64,000 bases of DNA, from the IMG/VR virus record IMGVR_UViG_3300009099_000001. One strand, 5' to 3'. The DNA comes from a virus. The notes under the pieces are model-generated. The model saw only the letters and a list, made by a program, of their open reading frames with translations. It had not been told where the DNA came from and ran no database searches. This document shows positions 27,495 through 36,643 of this stretch, one piece after another (the first letter of the stretch is position 1; each line of letters opens with the position of its first letter). Made by a program: the position numbers and the translations under genes.

Positions 27495-28009
27495 TGCCTA
27501 CGCAAGGGACGGCAACGGGGGCGACCCCGGTCAATATCGTTTCCGGGTTGAATTTGCAGCGGGGCGACACCTACTATCTGCAGAACAACGGGTTCGGGCG
27601 CATTTATCTGGCCGAAGCCGTATCCACGCCGGCAACGACCAGTACGGCCTATCTCTTGTTGCCGCCTGCCGAGCGGATCGAAAAGACGATCACCCGCGAG
27701 GGGTTGTGGGTTTGGTCCGAAGGGCCGTCGCAACTTTCGGCGACGAAGATTGCCCTGGCCCCCGGCCCGCTACGCGACAAATTCCCGATCGACGTCAGCA
27801 GTGCAGACTACGAAGACGCAGACGGTTTCATCTTGCAGTCCAACCATTCGGCGGATCAAGCCGTGACCTATGTACCCTTCGACAGCGACACCGACCGCAC
27901 GGAAACCCTGCCCTCCGGCGGGTTTGTGCAAGTCGCCAATACCCCCGTCCTGATCCATACCGTGCGGATGACAGGATCCCCGCAGAACTTGGTGGCCGGG
28001 AAACTGTAA
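27494..28009 (+). CDS. Hypothetical virion protein
   Basis: 171-aa ORF with a TAATG overlap. Confidence 0.6.
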   Translation: MPTQGTATGATPVNIVSGLNLQRGDTYYLQNNGFGRIYLAEAVSTPATTSTAYLLLPPAERIEKTITREGLWVWSEGPSQLSATKIALAPGPLRDKFPIDVSSADYEDADGFILQSNHSADQAVTYVPFDSDTDRTETLPSGGFVQVANTPVLIHTVRMTGSPQNLVAGKL

Positions 28010-28022
28010 GGCGCGTAGACGG

Positions 28023-30797
28023 ATGTCTCGGCGCCGTGCACGACGATTCGGCCCCCGCGTCGCGTCCCGCACCTACTGGCATTGGTGGCGTTCCGCCGGT
28101 GGGCCGCCGCAGCCCGTAACTCCCATCTCTTCGTCCCATCGGGTCGATTTGCGCGACACGCTCGCGCTTTCCGAGCGTTTGTCGGAAGCGCTGGATTATC
28201 GCGTCACGCTGCAGGATACGGCGGCCCTACAAGATTTACTGGCTACCACGTTGCACGTGGGCGGCCAAATGGAAACCGTATCTTTGCGCGACGTCTTGAT
28301 AAGCAGCGACCGCCTCAGCGCCGAAGTAATCCGCCATGTCCAACTCCAGGACATGTTGGTGCTGGACGACCGCCTGTCAGCTCTGCTGACGAAAATCGTC
28401 GCTTTGCGGGACGACGTGAGCGGATCGTTGACGGATACCCTGACGGCGACTCTGCAAACTAGCGAAACCGCCGCTTTGCGCGACGTATTGGCTTTGCTCG
28501 AAACCCTCAGCGTCAGCGTGCAGTACCGGGTAGAGTTGAGCGACGACGTAACTCCGGCCTTGCGCGACGAACTGGACAACGTGTTACGCCTCGAAGACAG
28601 TCTGATCGGCGTGTTGGACGACCGCTTGGTCTTGCGTTTTACCTATCGCAACGATTTACGCGACGCCTTGGCGCCTCACGACCTGTTGCATACCGCTTTG
28701 GAGACGGCGCAATTGTTCTACGTGTCGTTGCAAGACGATCTGACGCCTACGGACACGCTGACCACCTCGACCGCCTTCGTCTACAACACGGCGTTGCGGG
28801 ATACCCTGTACCCTACGGAACGCATGTCGACGACTTTGACGTCGGCCAGCGGCGCCGTGCTACACCATAATTTACAGGATACGCTCCGCCCGACGGATAC
28901 GCTGACGGTCTCTACAGCGTTCGTGCTGTCTCATAGTTTGCGTGACGACATACGGCCCGCCTTGCGGGACACGTTGCAAACCGTCTTGAGTCAAGGACAT
29001 GTCTATACTGCGCAGTTGCGAGATGCGCTGAATGTCTTGCCGGAATGGGAATTCGGATTGCAAGCCGTACCGCCGGCCGCAGACGAAATCGTGCGCTTCG
29101 TCACGATCCGCGCGAGTCCCGCCGCAAACACGGACACTCTGTTTTACGATATCGAACCCGATCCGTTCGTAGGGCGGCGCACCTTCGAGTATCAGGGAAT
29201 TACCGGTACGCTTTCGCGCATTCGTTGGTTTTCCAGCGGCGACCTGTTGATGAACGGCCGCGTACCGACAGGCAGCGCGTTGGAATTTACCGGCGTGATC
29301 AATCGAGGGTCCAACGAGTTTCTGTGGCGCCCCTTGTTTCTGACCCGTTCAGGACACCGCTTCCAATTACCCGAAAGCATCACTACCGTTATTGGAAACT
29401 CGTTCATCCGTGTTCGGCTGGGCGCTGCCGGCAGCGCATTCCGTGCTCTGCTCAACATCCCGAACGAGCCTATTCTCGTCGTATTCGGCAGACCCTACGA
29501 CGTGTATACGCGTCCCCGCGGCATAGGCGAGCGCTTGACCGTGAACCCCGCCGTTCCGCTGGGCGTCTATGCCCACGATGCGCTTGTCGGCCACACGCCG
29601 TTAGGCGCCACGGAATTGTGGGACCCCGGCTTAGGGTCCATTCAGATTTTTCGGCGCGGCTCCGAAACGTGGCTGTACGACACGACTCAACAGCAATTTC
29701 GGCAGTTCGACTTGAGCGCGCAGACCTTAGCGGCTCCCAATGCGTTGTCCGGCGCCGGCCATACGGGTCTACGCGGTTTCGTATGGCACAACAACAACAA
29801 TTATTATGTCAATTTGGTCTCTTCGACATTCGGCCGGGTCGATCCGACGGCGCCATCCACCGTGGAGGTCGCCGACGTCGAATACGAACCCATAGCGTTG
29901 GCTTCGGACGGCACGACTCTGTATGTAATGAAAAACCGTACCCGAGTCGTATCCGACATCAATCCTACCAACGGAGCCTTGAGCAATAGTCGCAGATTGG
30001 ACAGCGGCGATCATACGCCGACCGCCATGCACTATTTCCAAGGCGCACTGTTTATCGCCGCGGACGACCCGTCCGGCGGCAGTCTGTTGTTGCGCTGGAC
30101 GATAGGGACGACCGGTTCCGTCGCCTATGAGGTGGGCACGACTTCCTATACCATCGAGTCCCTGACGGACGACGGCACGCAATTGATCGGAGCCGACAAT
30201 CAGGGCCGGATTGTAGGCTTTACGCTACCGGCGGCCCCGCCCGTGGCCGACTATCTCAGTGTCCAGGAGGAAGACCGCGGCGAATTGCGGGAACGCCTGC
30301 AGCCGACGGAATCCTTGGCGATCAGCATGTCTATCCAAGTTTCCTTGCAGGACACCCTGACGCCTACCGATCACATCGCCGCGTTGGACGTCCAGCGTCC
30401 CTACCATTATGCACTGGCGTTGCAAGACGATGTGGCGGCGGACGACACCTTGACTACGACGGCGGTATCCACGCATACGTTGCGAGACGCCGTGACGTTG
30501 CGGGATATACCGCCGCATACGGGCATTGTCAGCGGCGGACCGGCTCCTCATCACTATACGTCCGGCATGCGCGAAGTCTTGACGACGACGGATACGCTCA
30601 CCGTATCGGTATCCGAAACCCATAGCCTACGCGACGTTTTGACGCCGACGGACCGGATCAGCCATACGCTGCATCGCGGCATTCACTATACGCAGACGGT
30701 TCGGGATGTTTTAGATATAATGGACACGTTAGTAGTACAATTCCGACGGCAACGATCTTTGAATCACTTTACGCTTAATCGGGTTTCTCTCAATTAA
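28023..30797 (+). CDS. Fibre/baseplate-like protein with L(R/Q)D periodic repeats flanking a propeller-like core
   Basis: 924 aa. About 20 N-terminal and about 8 C-terminal copies of a ~20-aa unit (..LRDTL.PTD.LT.S....). The central ~450 aa are beta-rich. Confidence 0.6.
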   Translation: MSRRRARRFGPRVASRTYWHWWRSAGGPPQPVTPISSSHRVDLRDTLALSERLSEALDYRVTLQDTAALQDLLATTLHVGGQMETVSLRDVLISSDRLSAEVIRHVQLQDMLVLDDRLSALLTKIVALRDDVSGSLTDTLTATLQTSETAALRDVLALLETLSVSVQYRVELSDDVTPALRDELDNVLRLEDSLIGVLDDRLVLRFTYRNDLRDALAPHDLLHTALETAQLFYVSLQDDLTPTDTLTTSTAFVYNTALRDTLYPTERMSTTLTSASGAVLHHNLQDTLRPTDTLTVSTAFVLSHSLRDDIRPALRDTLQTVLSQGHVYTAQLRDALNVLPEWEFGLQAVPPAADEIVRFVTIRASPAANTDTLFYDIEPDPFVGRRTFEYQGITGTLSRIRWFSSGDLLMNGRVPTGSALEFTGVINRGSNEFLWRPLFLTRSGHRFQLPESITTVIGNSFIRVRLGAAGSAFRALLNIPNEPILVVFGRPYDVYTRPRGIGERLTVNPAVPLGVYAHDALVGHTPLGATELWDPGLGSIQIFRRGSETWLYDTTQQQFRQFDLSAQTLAAPNALSGAGHTGLRGFVWHNNNNYYVNLVSSTFGRVDPTAPSTVEVADVEYEPIALASDGTTLYVMKNRTRVVSDINPTNGALSNSRRLDSGDHTPTAMHYFQGALFIAADDPSGGSLLLRWTIGTTGSVAYEVGTTSYTIESLTDDGTQLIGADNQGRIVGFTLPAAPPVADYLSVQEEDRGELRERLQPTESLAISMSIQVSLQDTLTPTDHIAALDVQRPYHYALALQDDVAADDTLTTTAVSTHTLRDAVTLRDIPPHTGIVSGGPAPHHYTSGMREVLTTTDTLTVSVSETHSLRDVLTPTDRISHTLHRGIHYTQTVRDVLDIMDTLVVQFRRQRSLNHFTLNRVSLN

Positions 30798-30807
30798 GGA
30801 ACATCGC

Positions 30808-31314
30808 ATGGACAATAAACTCGTTACGACTTTGCAGGCTACCGAACGCATCATGACCGAGATGCGGATGAATTCGCAGTTGCGCGACACGTTGCGGCCC
30901 CACGGCACCGTCATGGTCTGGATGAACGACGAAATCGAACCCTATTCCGTCAACCACAATCTCGTGGTCAACGCCGGACATATCCTGATTGCTTCGCAGT
31001 TTCAGGAAACCACGCGGCCCGACTTGATCACGCATGTCGGTCTCGGTACCGGGGCCTCCGATTTCACCGATGCTACGCAGACCACTTTGGGCACGGAAGT
31101 CGGTACCCGGGTGTCTGCGACCATCACGCGCAGCAATGCGGAAGTGACCCTCGCTGCGACGTTCGCCGCCGGCAACGCCACGGGCAACATTCAGGAAGCC
31201 GGTTGTTTCACGGCCAGCACATCCGGCACCATGTATGCGCGGACGCAGGTCGCACCGGCCCGCAACAAGACGGCCTTGGACAGTCTGACGATTTCGTGGG
31301 TCTTGGTATTCTGA
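30808..31314 (+). CDS. Hypothetical virion protein
   Basis: 168-aa ORF with RBS AAGGAA. Confidence 0.6.
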   Translation: MDNKLVTTLQATERIMTEMRMNSQLRDTLRPHGTVMVWMNDEIEPYSVNHNLVVNAGHILIASQFQETTRPDLITHVGLGTGASDFTDATQTTLGTEVGTRVSATITRSNAEVTLAATFAAGNATGNIQEAGCFTASTSGTMYARTQVAPARNKTALDSLTISWVLVF

Positions 31315-31316
31315 AT

Positions 31317-31874
31317 ATGCTCGCCTATCAAGATCTTTGTCCGCCTGACGGCCCCCCGCTGTCGCCGAAGTCGCCCTTGGGCAAGTTGGACCCAGACCGT
31401 GAAATCGAATTCGCTTTCGAGATCTGGGACTCCGAAAATCAGAAATTGACGGCCAAGACGCCTTGCGTCCAAGTATGGCAGGAACCTAATCTGTTCCTGT
31501 TGAGTTGCTTCGGACAGAAAAGAGATTGGTGGAGTCGGCAAACCGCATACAACACGGAGATACCGATACCTGACGTCAAGGACGCCAGCCGTAAAAAACT
31601 AGTGTCTTCCAGTGAATACGTCGAGTTGTACCGTGAGACGACGCCCAGGCGGAAGATGCACCCGGTGACTTTTCCGTTGGATGCACAGTGGCAAGCGACG
31701 CCGTGGCCGACTTTGCGCCGCAAAGCCTGGATATACGAATGCAAAATTGCCTACTATCAAACCATGACGGATTCCGATCCGGTTTTCGTACAATCTATGG
31801 ACGAGTACGGCGACACGCTGTTGGATCCTGATTTCAGCTACAACATTCAGCACGAACTGAATAGGGCCGGATAG
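31317..31874 (+). CDS. Hypothetical virion protein
   Basis: 185 aa from ATG 31317, 2 nt after the upstream stop. Confidence 0.55.
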   Translation: MLAYQDLCPPDGPPLSPKSPLGKLDPDREIEFAFEIWDSENQKLTAKTPCVQVWQEPNLFLLSCFGQKRDWWSRQTAYNTEIPIPDVKDASRKKLVSSSEYVELYRETTPRRKMHPVTFPLDAQWQATPWPTLRRKAWIYECKIAYYQTMTDSDPVFVQSMDEYGDTLLDPDFSYNIQHELNRAG

Positions 31875-31880
31875 GGCCGC

Positions 31881-32525
31881 ATGACCGTCGTTTTCGCCAA
31901 CAACGTATCCACCACATTGACGGCGGACATCACGGCTACGGCTACGGACTTGACCCTGGCGTCGGCGACCGGCTGGCCCGCCATCGCCGGCGGCGATCAT
32001 GCTTGGGTGACGTTGGACGACAGCACGAATATCGAAGTCGTCAAGGCTACGGCCAGGATCGGCGCCGCCTTGCAAGTCGAACGGGGCCAAGACGGCACTA
32101 CGGCGGCGACTTTCAGTAGCGGTACGGTCGTGGAAATGCGGATCTGCGCCGCCTTGCTGACGGACATTCAAGGCGGCGGCACGGGCACTATTACCCATCA
32201 CCTGTATTTCGGCGCGTCGACTACGGCCTTGACGTCGTTCAACGCGGGTACGCTGGCTACGTTGCAAGAAACGACCGACGCCCCCGGGGAACACGACGTA
32301 ACCATAGACGGCAGTAGTCTCGCCGACGGCTGGACTGCGTATATCGTGACCGTAGACCCCAGCCTGTTGCAGAACGTGTACGTCGACAATTTTCAGACGG
32401 GGACGTTCCAATTGCCGGCCAACACGGGAACCTTGACGTCCGGCGGCGAGACTTACCACATCTATTCCGCGCCCAACCAGCGCGGCGGCATCAGATTGAA
32501 TTTGCGCTTGGAGATTACGCAATAA
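31881..32525 (+). CDS. Hypothetical virion protein
   Basis: 214-aa ORF. Confidence 0.55.
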   Translation: MTVVFANNVSTTLTADITATATDLTLASATGWPAIAGGDHAWVTLDDSTNIEVVKATARIGAALQVERGQDGTTAATFSSGTVVEMRICAALLTDIQGGGTGTITHHLYFGASTTALTSFNAGTLATLQETTDAPGEHDVTIDGSSLADGWTAYIVTVDPSLLQNVYVDNFQTGTFQLPANTGTLTSGGETYHIYSAPNQRGGIRLNLRLEITQ

Positions 32526-34384
32526 TGGCCCGCGTGCAAGGCGCCCAGACCAACTTTCCCGGTTGGATCCAAAACAGTTTTCTGCGCGGCGCCGCCTATC
32601 GGGCGCAAGACCTCGATTGGCAAGGCTTTATCTCGAGTACCGACAGTCAGGGCCAAGCCGACGCCTTGGCGTGGTTGACGGAACATCTAGGGGACAACGT
32701 AACCGCCGTATCCAGTCTCACCTTGCAGGGCGAAGATCTGGAAATCGCCTACACGAACCAGGCCGGATCCCAAACCGCGGCCGTCAATCTCTCGTTCCTG
32801 TTTCAAGGCGTCGCCAACGTCTCGGGACACAGCGAAGGGTGGGCCGAGACGCGGATCAATACGGCCTCCTACGGCGTGTCCAATCCGGCGATCTGGGTCT
32901 GGCAAGACGCCGACGGCAATCTGGAAATCGGAGATACGCAAGGCTACGTCAACGGCGTGCTGGCCCTGTCTACCGGCGGCGGATCGGGATGGAACCGCGG
33001 CGCGGCCAACGCCCAAGCGACGTTTTGGGCTAAACGATCTACGAACTCTCACGTCAATCATACGACCCGCGCCGGCACGAGTACCGGCGCCCATACGCAC
33101 GAAATCGACGGCCAAGAAATCGGCGGCATGGCTTGTTCTGACGATACGATGTGGTTGGTCCGTTTAGGCGGCGTCAGCCAAGAAATTCGTCTGCTGGCTT
33201 ACGGTATCGACGCCGACGGCAATCAAGACCCTGTGCCCAACAGCGCTCTGCCGTCTACGGACATCACGTCCCATATGCCCACAGGATTTGTGGCCAATGC
33301 CGATCTGCGCGGCTTAGTCCACTACGACGGTCACGTCTACGTATTGGTGTATACCCAAGACACCGACGGCGTGCCCATTACCCGGGCCTTGGCTTTCGCC
33401 GAAGACTCGCCCTTTACCCGCAATGCGGACCTGGATCGTGAGTTCGGCGTACACACGAGCGTGACCGACGGCTGGTTCTTGGAAAACACCGACTTCATCT
33501 CCCATAGTCACTGGATTACCCGGTACACGGTGACTTCGGTCTTGGATCATACCGATACGCCGCGGATATTCGGAGCCGCGGGTCTGCCGTTCGTCGTCAA
33601 TACGGACCAAGACGGATTGCTGTTCAGCCGCCTGGCAGACAGTGCTTTGGGAGATCCGTTTACCCCGCTAGCGTCCAATCTGGCAGTGCCCCACGACGCG
33701 TTGACGGAAATCACCGGATTGGACTTTTCCACGTATGCCTACCTTGCCGTCCATGTCCACGATTCGTACAATCGCAACGCAAATACTTGGCTCGTGCCCT
33801 ACGCGCAATTGAACGGCTTGTCCGTTTCTGCCGACACTACGTTGCAGGATGCTGCCAACAATGCGCGTCGCACCACGGCTTGGCTGGGCGCCCATGAAAT
33901 CGAAATCGGATTGGTCCGACGTGCCGCCAACGGCCTTGCCATCGGCGCACTGGCCGAAGTACAGGAACCTATGCGGACGGATCTGATCGGCTCGTATACC
34001 AGCCCCCACGACGCCACGAATTTCGTCAGTACGGCCATTACGTTGCCGTCAGCCCCTGACGGCGGTTTGTACGGCATTTCGTTCGGAGACGAGATGGCGG
34101 CGATCCAATGGTTTCTGGCCGAGGATCTCCTGACGCGGACGCGCATTCCGAACTCTACGACGTCGCCTACGGACGCCAACAGCATTTTGCTGTCTTCCGT
34201 CTTGGGGACGCGCGACGTGCGTTTGGCGCGGGAAAACTATACGCTGTCCCATGATGCGCTGGCTTTCTGGGTCTCGCATACAGGACATTCGCCGTATCCC
34301 TTACGCTTGTATCGTACATGGACCAGCACTCTTACCAATTTGACTATCCATGCCGACGTGTATGGCCTGGGTAGACGTACTTAG
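32525..34384 (+). CDS. Hypothetical tail/fibre-associated protein
   Basis: 619-aa ORF, beta-rich, with a TAATG overlap. Confidence 0.6.
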   Translation: MARVQGAQTNFPGWIQNSFLRGAAYRAQDLDWQGFISSTDSQGQADALAWLTEHLGDNVTAVSSLTLQGEDLEIAYTNQAGSQTAAVNLSFLFQGVANVSGHSEGWAETRINTASYGVSNPAIWVWQDADGNLEIGDTQGYVNGVLALSTGGGSGWNRGAANAQATFWAKRSTNSHVNHTTRAGTSTGAHTHEIDGQEIGGMACSDDTMWLVRLGGVSQEIRLLAYGIDADGNQDPVPNSALPSTDITSHMPTGFVANADLRGLVHYDGHVYVLVYTQDTDGVPITRALAFAEDSPFTRNADLDREFGVHTSVTDGWFLENTDFISHSHWITRYTVTSVLDHTDTPRIFGAAGLPFVVNTDQDGLLFSRLADSALGDPFTPLASNLAVPHDALTEITGLDFSTYAYLAVHVHDSYNRNANTWLVPYAQLNGLSVSADTTLQDAANNARRTTAWLGAHEIEIGLVRRAANGLAIGALAEVQEPMRTDLIGSYTSPHDATNFVSTAITLPSAPDGGLYGISFGDEMAAIQWFLAEDLLTRTRIPNSTTSPTDANSILLSSVLGTRDVRLARENYTLSHDALAFWVSHTGHSPYPLRLYRTWTSTLTNLTIHADVYGLGRRT

Positions 34385-34395
34385 GAGAAACATTC

Positions 34396-35592
34396 ATGGC
34401 ACCTGAAACTACCGTACCGACTACCGAGAATTTGTACGAACCTATCGAAACGCGCTTTCGCAGGCAGGCGAACGGCTGGCATCACGTCGTCGACAGCTTG
34501 CCGACCCGCTTTCAGCGGGACAGAGGACCCTTGGCCGTCATCAGCCCCGACAATCGACTCAAGACCTGGGGCACCGCATTGGACGCTCAAGTCCAACCTT
34601 GGAACGGCGTAGACGTCCATCTCGTCGATCAAGGCAACGGATTGTATGTGTCTCAACTGACTAAGGCCGATGCCGACAAGCTCCGCTATTTTCGCCCGAC
34701 GGCAGACGCGACCTCCGCTGCCGCCGAAACGCGGAACGAACCTATCGATGCCTGCATCGAAGGGATTTTCGACGAAAATCATATCGACGATTTCGGCTAT
34801 TGGGTCGGTCGCTTCGACGATTTGCCGGAATGGATGGGCGACGACGTAGAGATTTCAGTCAGTGGGCCGGACACCGGCGGATCGCCGCATCAGCTGTACT
34901 TGATTGCGCCGGACGTGGCGGCGAACCGAATGCCGCCCTGGTTGCGCGTCAACGGCGTATGGTGCCTCGTAACGCCGGCGGATCACCAACACCATCCCGG
35001 TCACTGGATACTGGGCGCTGTCCGCGACGACGTTGCCGTGATCCGCACCTATGAGGGCGAAGCGTTGCCCAACGACGACACGTTGCCGATCCGCACCCGC
35101 AGACAAATTCGACCGCTGTTCCGCCACATCTGCCCGATTGTCCGAGGCCATATGCAGCCGACGAAAGAGCAAGGCCGCGAATATCGGGCTTGGCGCGCTG
35201 CGGCGACGGTCATCGAATACGGCATCATGGGCGTCTCGGGCGCGCAGGGACAGGCGAATTTTTATCGGCGCAAGGAACAGGAAAGCGCTGCGGCTTGCAA
35301 CCGTAAACGACAATGGGCCCATGCGCGTTTCGCCAAGGCCAAGGCGAAGTTGGCCGCCTACGCGAATTACGACTTTCAGCAGTGGCTGGACGAAACGCAG
35401 GAAGAATTTGCCCTGAGATGGATGCATGAAGCCGATCTCGCCGCAAAGAGCGCCTCCGATGCGTGCCGACGGGCCGAGAGTATCGAAGAAACCGTTGCGA
35501 CGAAATTGGCGGAAATCGAAGCGGCCGAAGCCGTCGTCGAACCCTTGGAAGCCAAGTACGCCGACATTATTCGTCAGATGTATCTGCACTGA
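34396..35592 (+). CDS. Hypothetical protein with C-terminal coiled coil
   Basis: 398 aa with RBS AGGAG. C-terminal helical heptads. Confidence 0.6.
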   Translation: MAPETTVPTTENLYEPIETRFRRQANGWHHVVDSLPTRFQRDRGPLAVISPDNRLKTWGTALDAQVQPWNGVDVHLVDQGNGLYVSQLTKADADKLRYFRPTADATSAAAETRNEPIDACIEGIFDENHIDDFGYWVGRFDDLPEWMGDDVEISVSGPDTGGSPHQLYLIAPDVAANRMPPWLRVNGVWCLVTPADHQHHPGHWILGAVRDDVAVIRTYEGEALPNDDTLPIRTRRQIRPLFRHICPIVRGHMQPTKEQGREYRAWRAAATVIEYGIMGVSGAQGQANFYRRKEQESAAACNRKRQWAHARFAKAKAKLAAYANYDFQQWLDETQEEFALRWMHEADLAAKSASDACRRAESIEETVATKLAEIEAAEAVVEPLEAKYADIIRQMYLH

Positions 35593-35617
35593 CCTCTATG
35601 CCCTAGGAGACCAAAGC

Positions 35618-36595
35618 ATGCCTACTGCAGAAACTTCGACTATCCCGTCTAGGCCGGTTACGGCACGTTCGCGCGGCAGCTCGCGTGCGGCGCGCAGACG
35701 CACACCGGAATTGACGGACGAGGCAGAGTTCAATATTGTCGCGCCTTTCTGGGAAGGCGACGAACCCGAATACCATTCCGTGCACTTTATCCATTCCATC
35801 GGCATCTATAATCAAGTCACGCAAAACACGTATCCAGACTTCGTCGGTTTGGTTACGCCGCCGGAAGCCGTCTTTGTTTGGTACGACGACATGCATCCCG
35901 ATTGGCCTCGATCCGATACGCAGATGCGCCTTGTCTTAAACGCCGTAAAATCCGGCAGCGCCGAACTTTGGTATGAAATCGATCATCAACTGACGCCGTT
36001 GGACCACGTTCCGCATCATTATCGGTTTTGGCTCAACAATCACTGTCCTATTCGATACGGGCTGATGCTGGACGTGCTGCAGGGCACGGACGCCGTCGCC
36101 AACCAGAAACGCCGGCGGATGGTCACGAAGTGGGCCCTGCGCGAAACAGGAGACGGCTTCAAGGCCCGAGTGTTCGGCGGCAGACCCGTCGCCGTCAGAC
36201 CCTCGGCGACGCTGATCGGGCCTGGCGAAGTGATGTTGGCTTTGGTCTTTTCTACGTTGTTGGCCGCCGGCGAAGGGGCCAATCTCGAAGACGACGACAA
36301 GTGGCAGCACATTAGGACCAATCTGGATACGACTGGGCCGCACATGGTCGAGTTTATCGATGTGGCTCAGTGGGCACCCCATTTGGCGGCTATGCGCGCC
36401 GGGACGCTGTTCAAGATCGCCAAGATGGGGACGCGGGAAAACGGGCAAATCTACTATTACCCGGAAGACCCGCCGGAAGCGGAAAAGCCGACGCTGAACG
36501 CCAACCATACGCGCTGGGCGAACCGCATTATCGACAGGGATATCGAAAGGGCGCCGTATCCTTTGCCCGTCTGGGAAACTGTGCGTAACGTATAA
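35618..36595 (+). CDS. Hypothetical protein
   Basis: 325 aa from ATG 35618 behind AGGAG-N8. Confidence 0.6.
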   Translation: MPTAETSTIPSRPVTARSRGSSRAARRRTPELTDEAEFNIVAPFWEGDEPEYHSVHFIHSIGIYNQVTQNTYPDFVGLVTPPEAVFVWYDDMHPDWPRSDTQMRLVLNAVKSGSAELWYEIDHQLTPLDHVPHHYRFWLNNHCPIRYGLMLDVLQGTDAVANQKRRRMVTKWALRETGDGFKARVFGGRPVAVRPSATLIGPGEVMLALVFSTLLAAGEGANLEDDDKWQHIRTNLDTTGPHMVEFIDVAQWAPHLAAMRAGTLFKIAKMGTRENGQIYYYPEDPPEAEKPTLNANHTRWANRIIDRDIERAPYPLPVWETVRNV

Positions 36596-36604
36596 TCAAC
36601 GTAG

Positions 36605-36637
36605 GCGGGCCGGCTTTCACCTCTCCGGCCCGCTTTT
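36605..36637 (+). terminator. Rho-independent terminator (+ strand)
   Basis: GCGGGCCGG-11 nt loop-CCGGCCCGC followed by TTTT. Confidence 0.65.
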
Positions 36638-36643
36638 CCGCTG

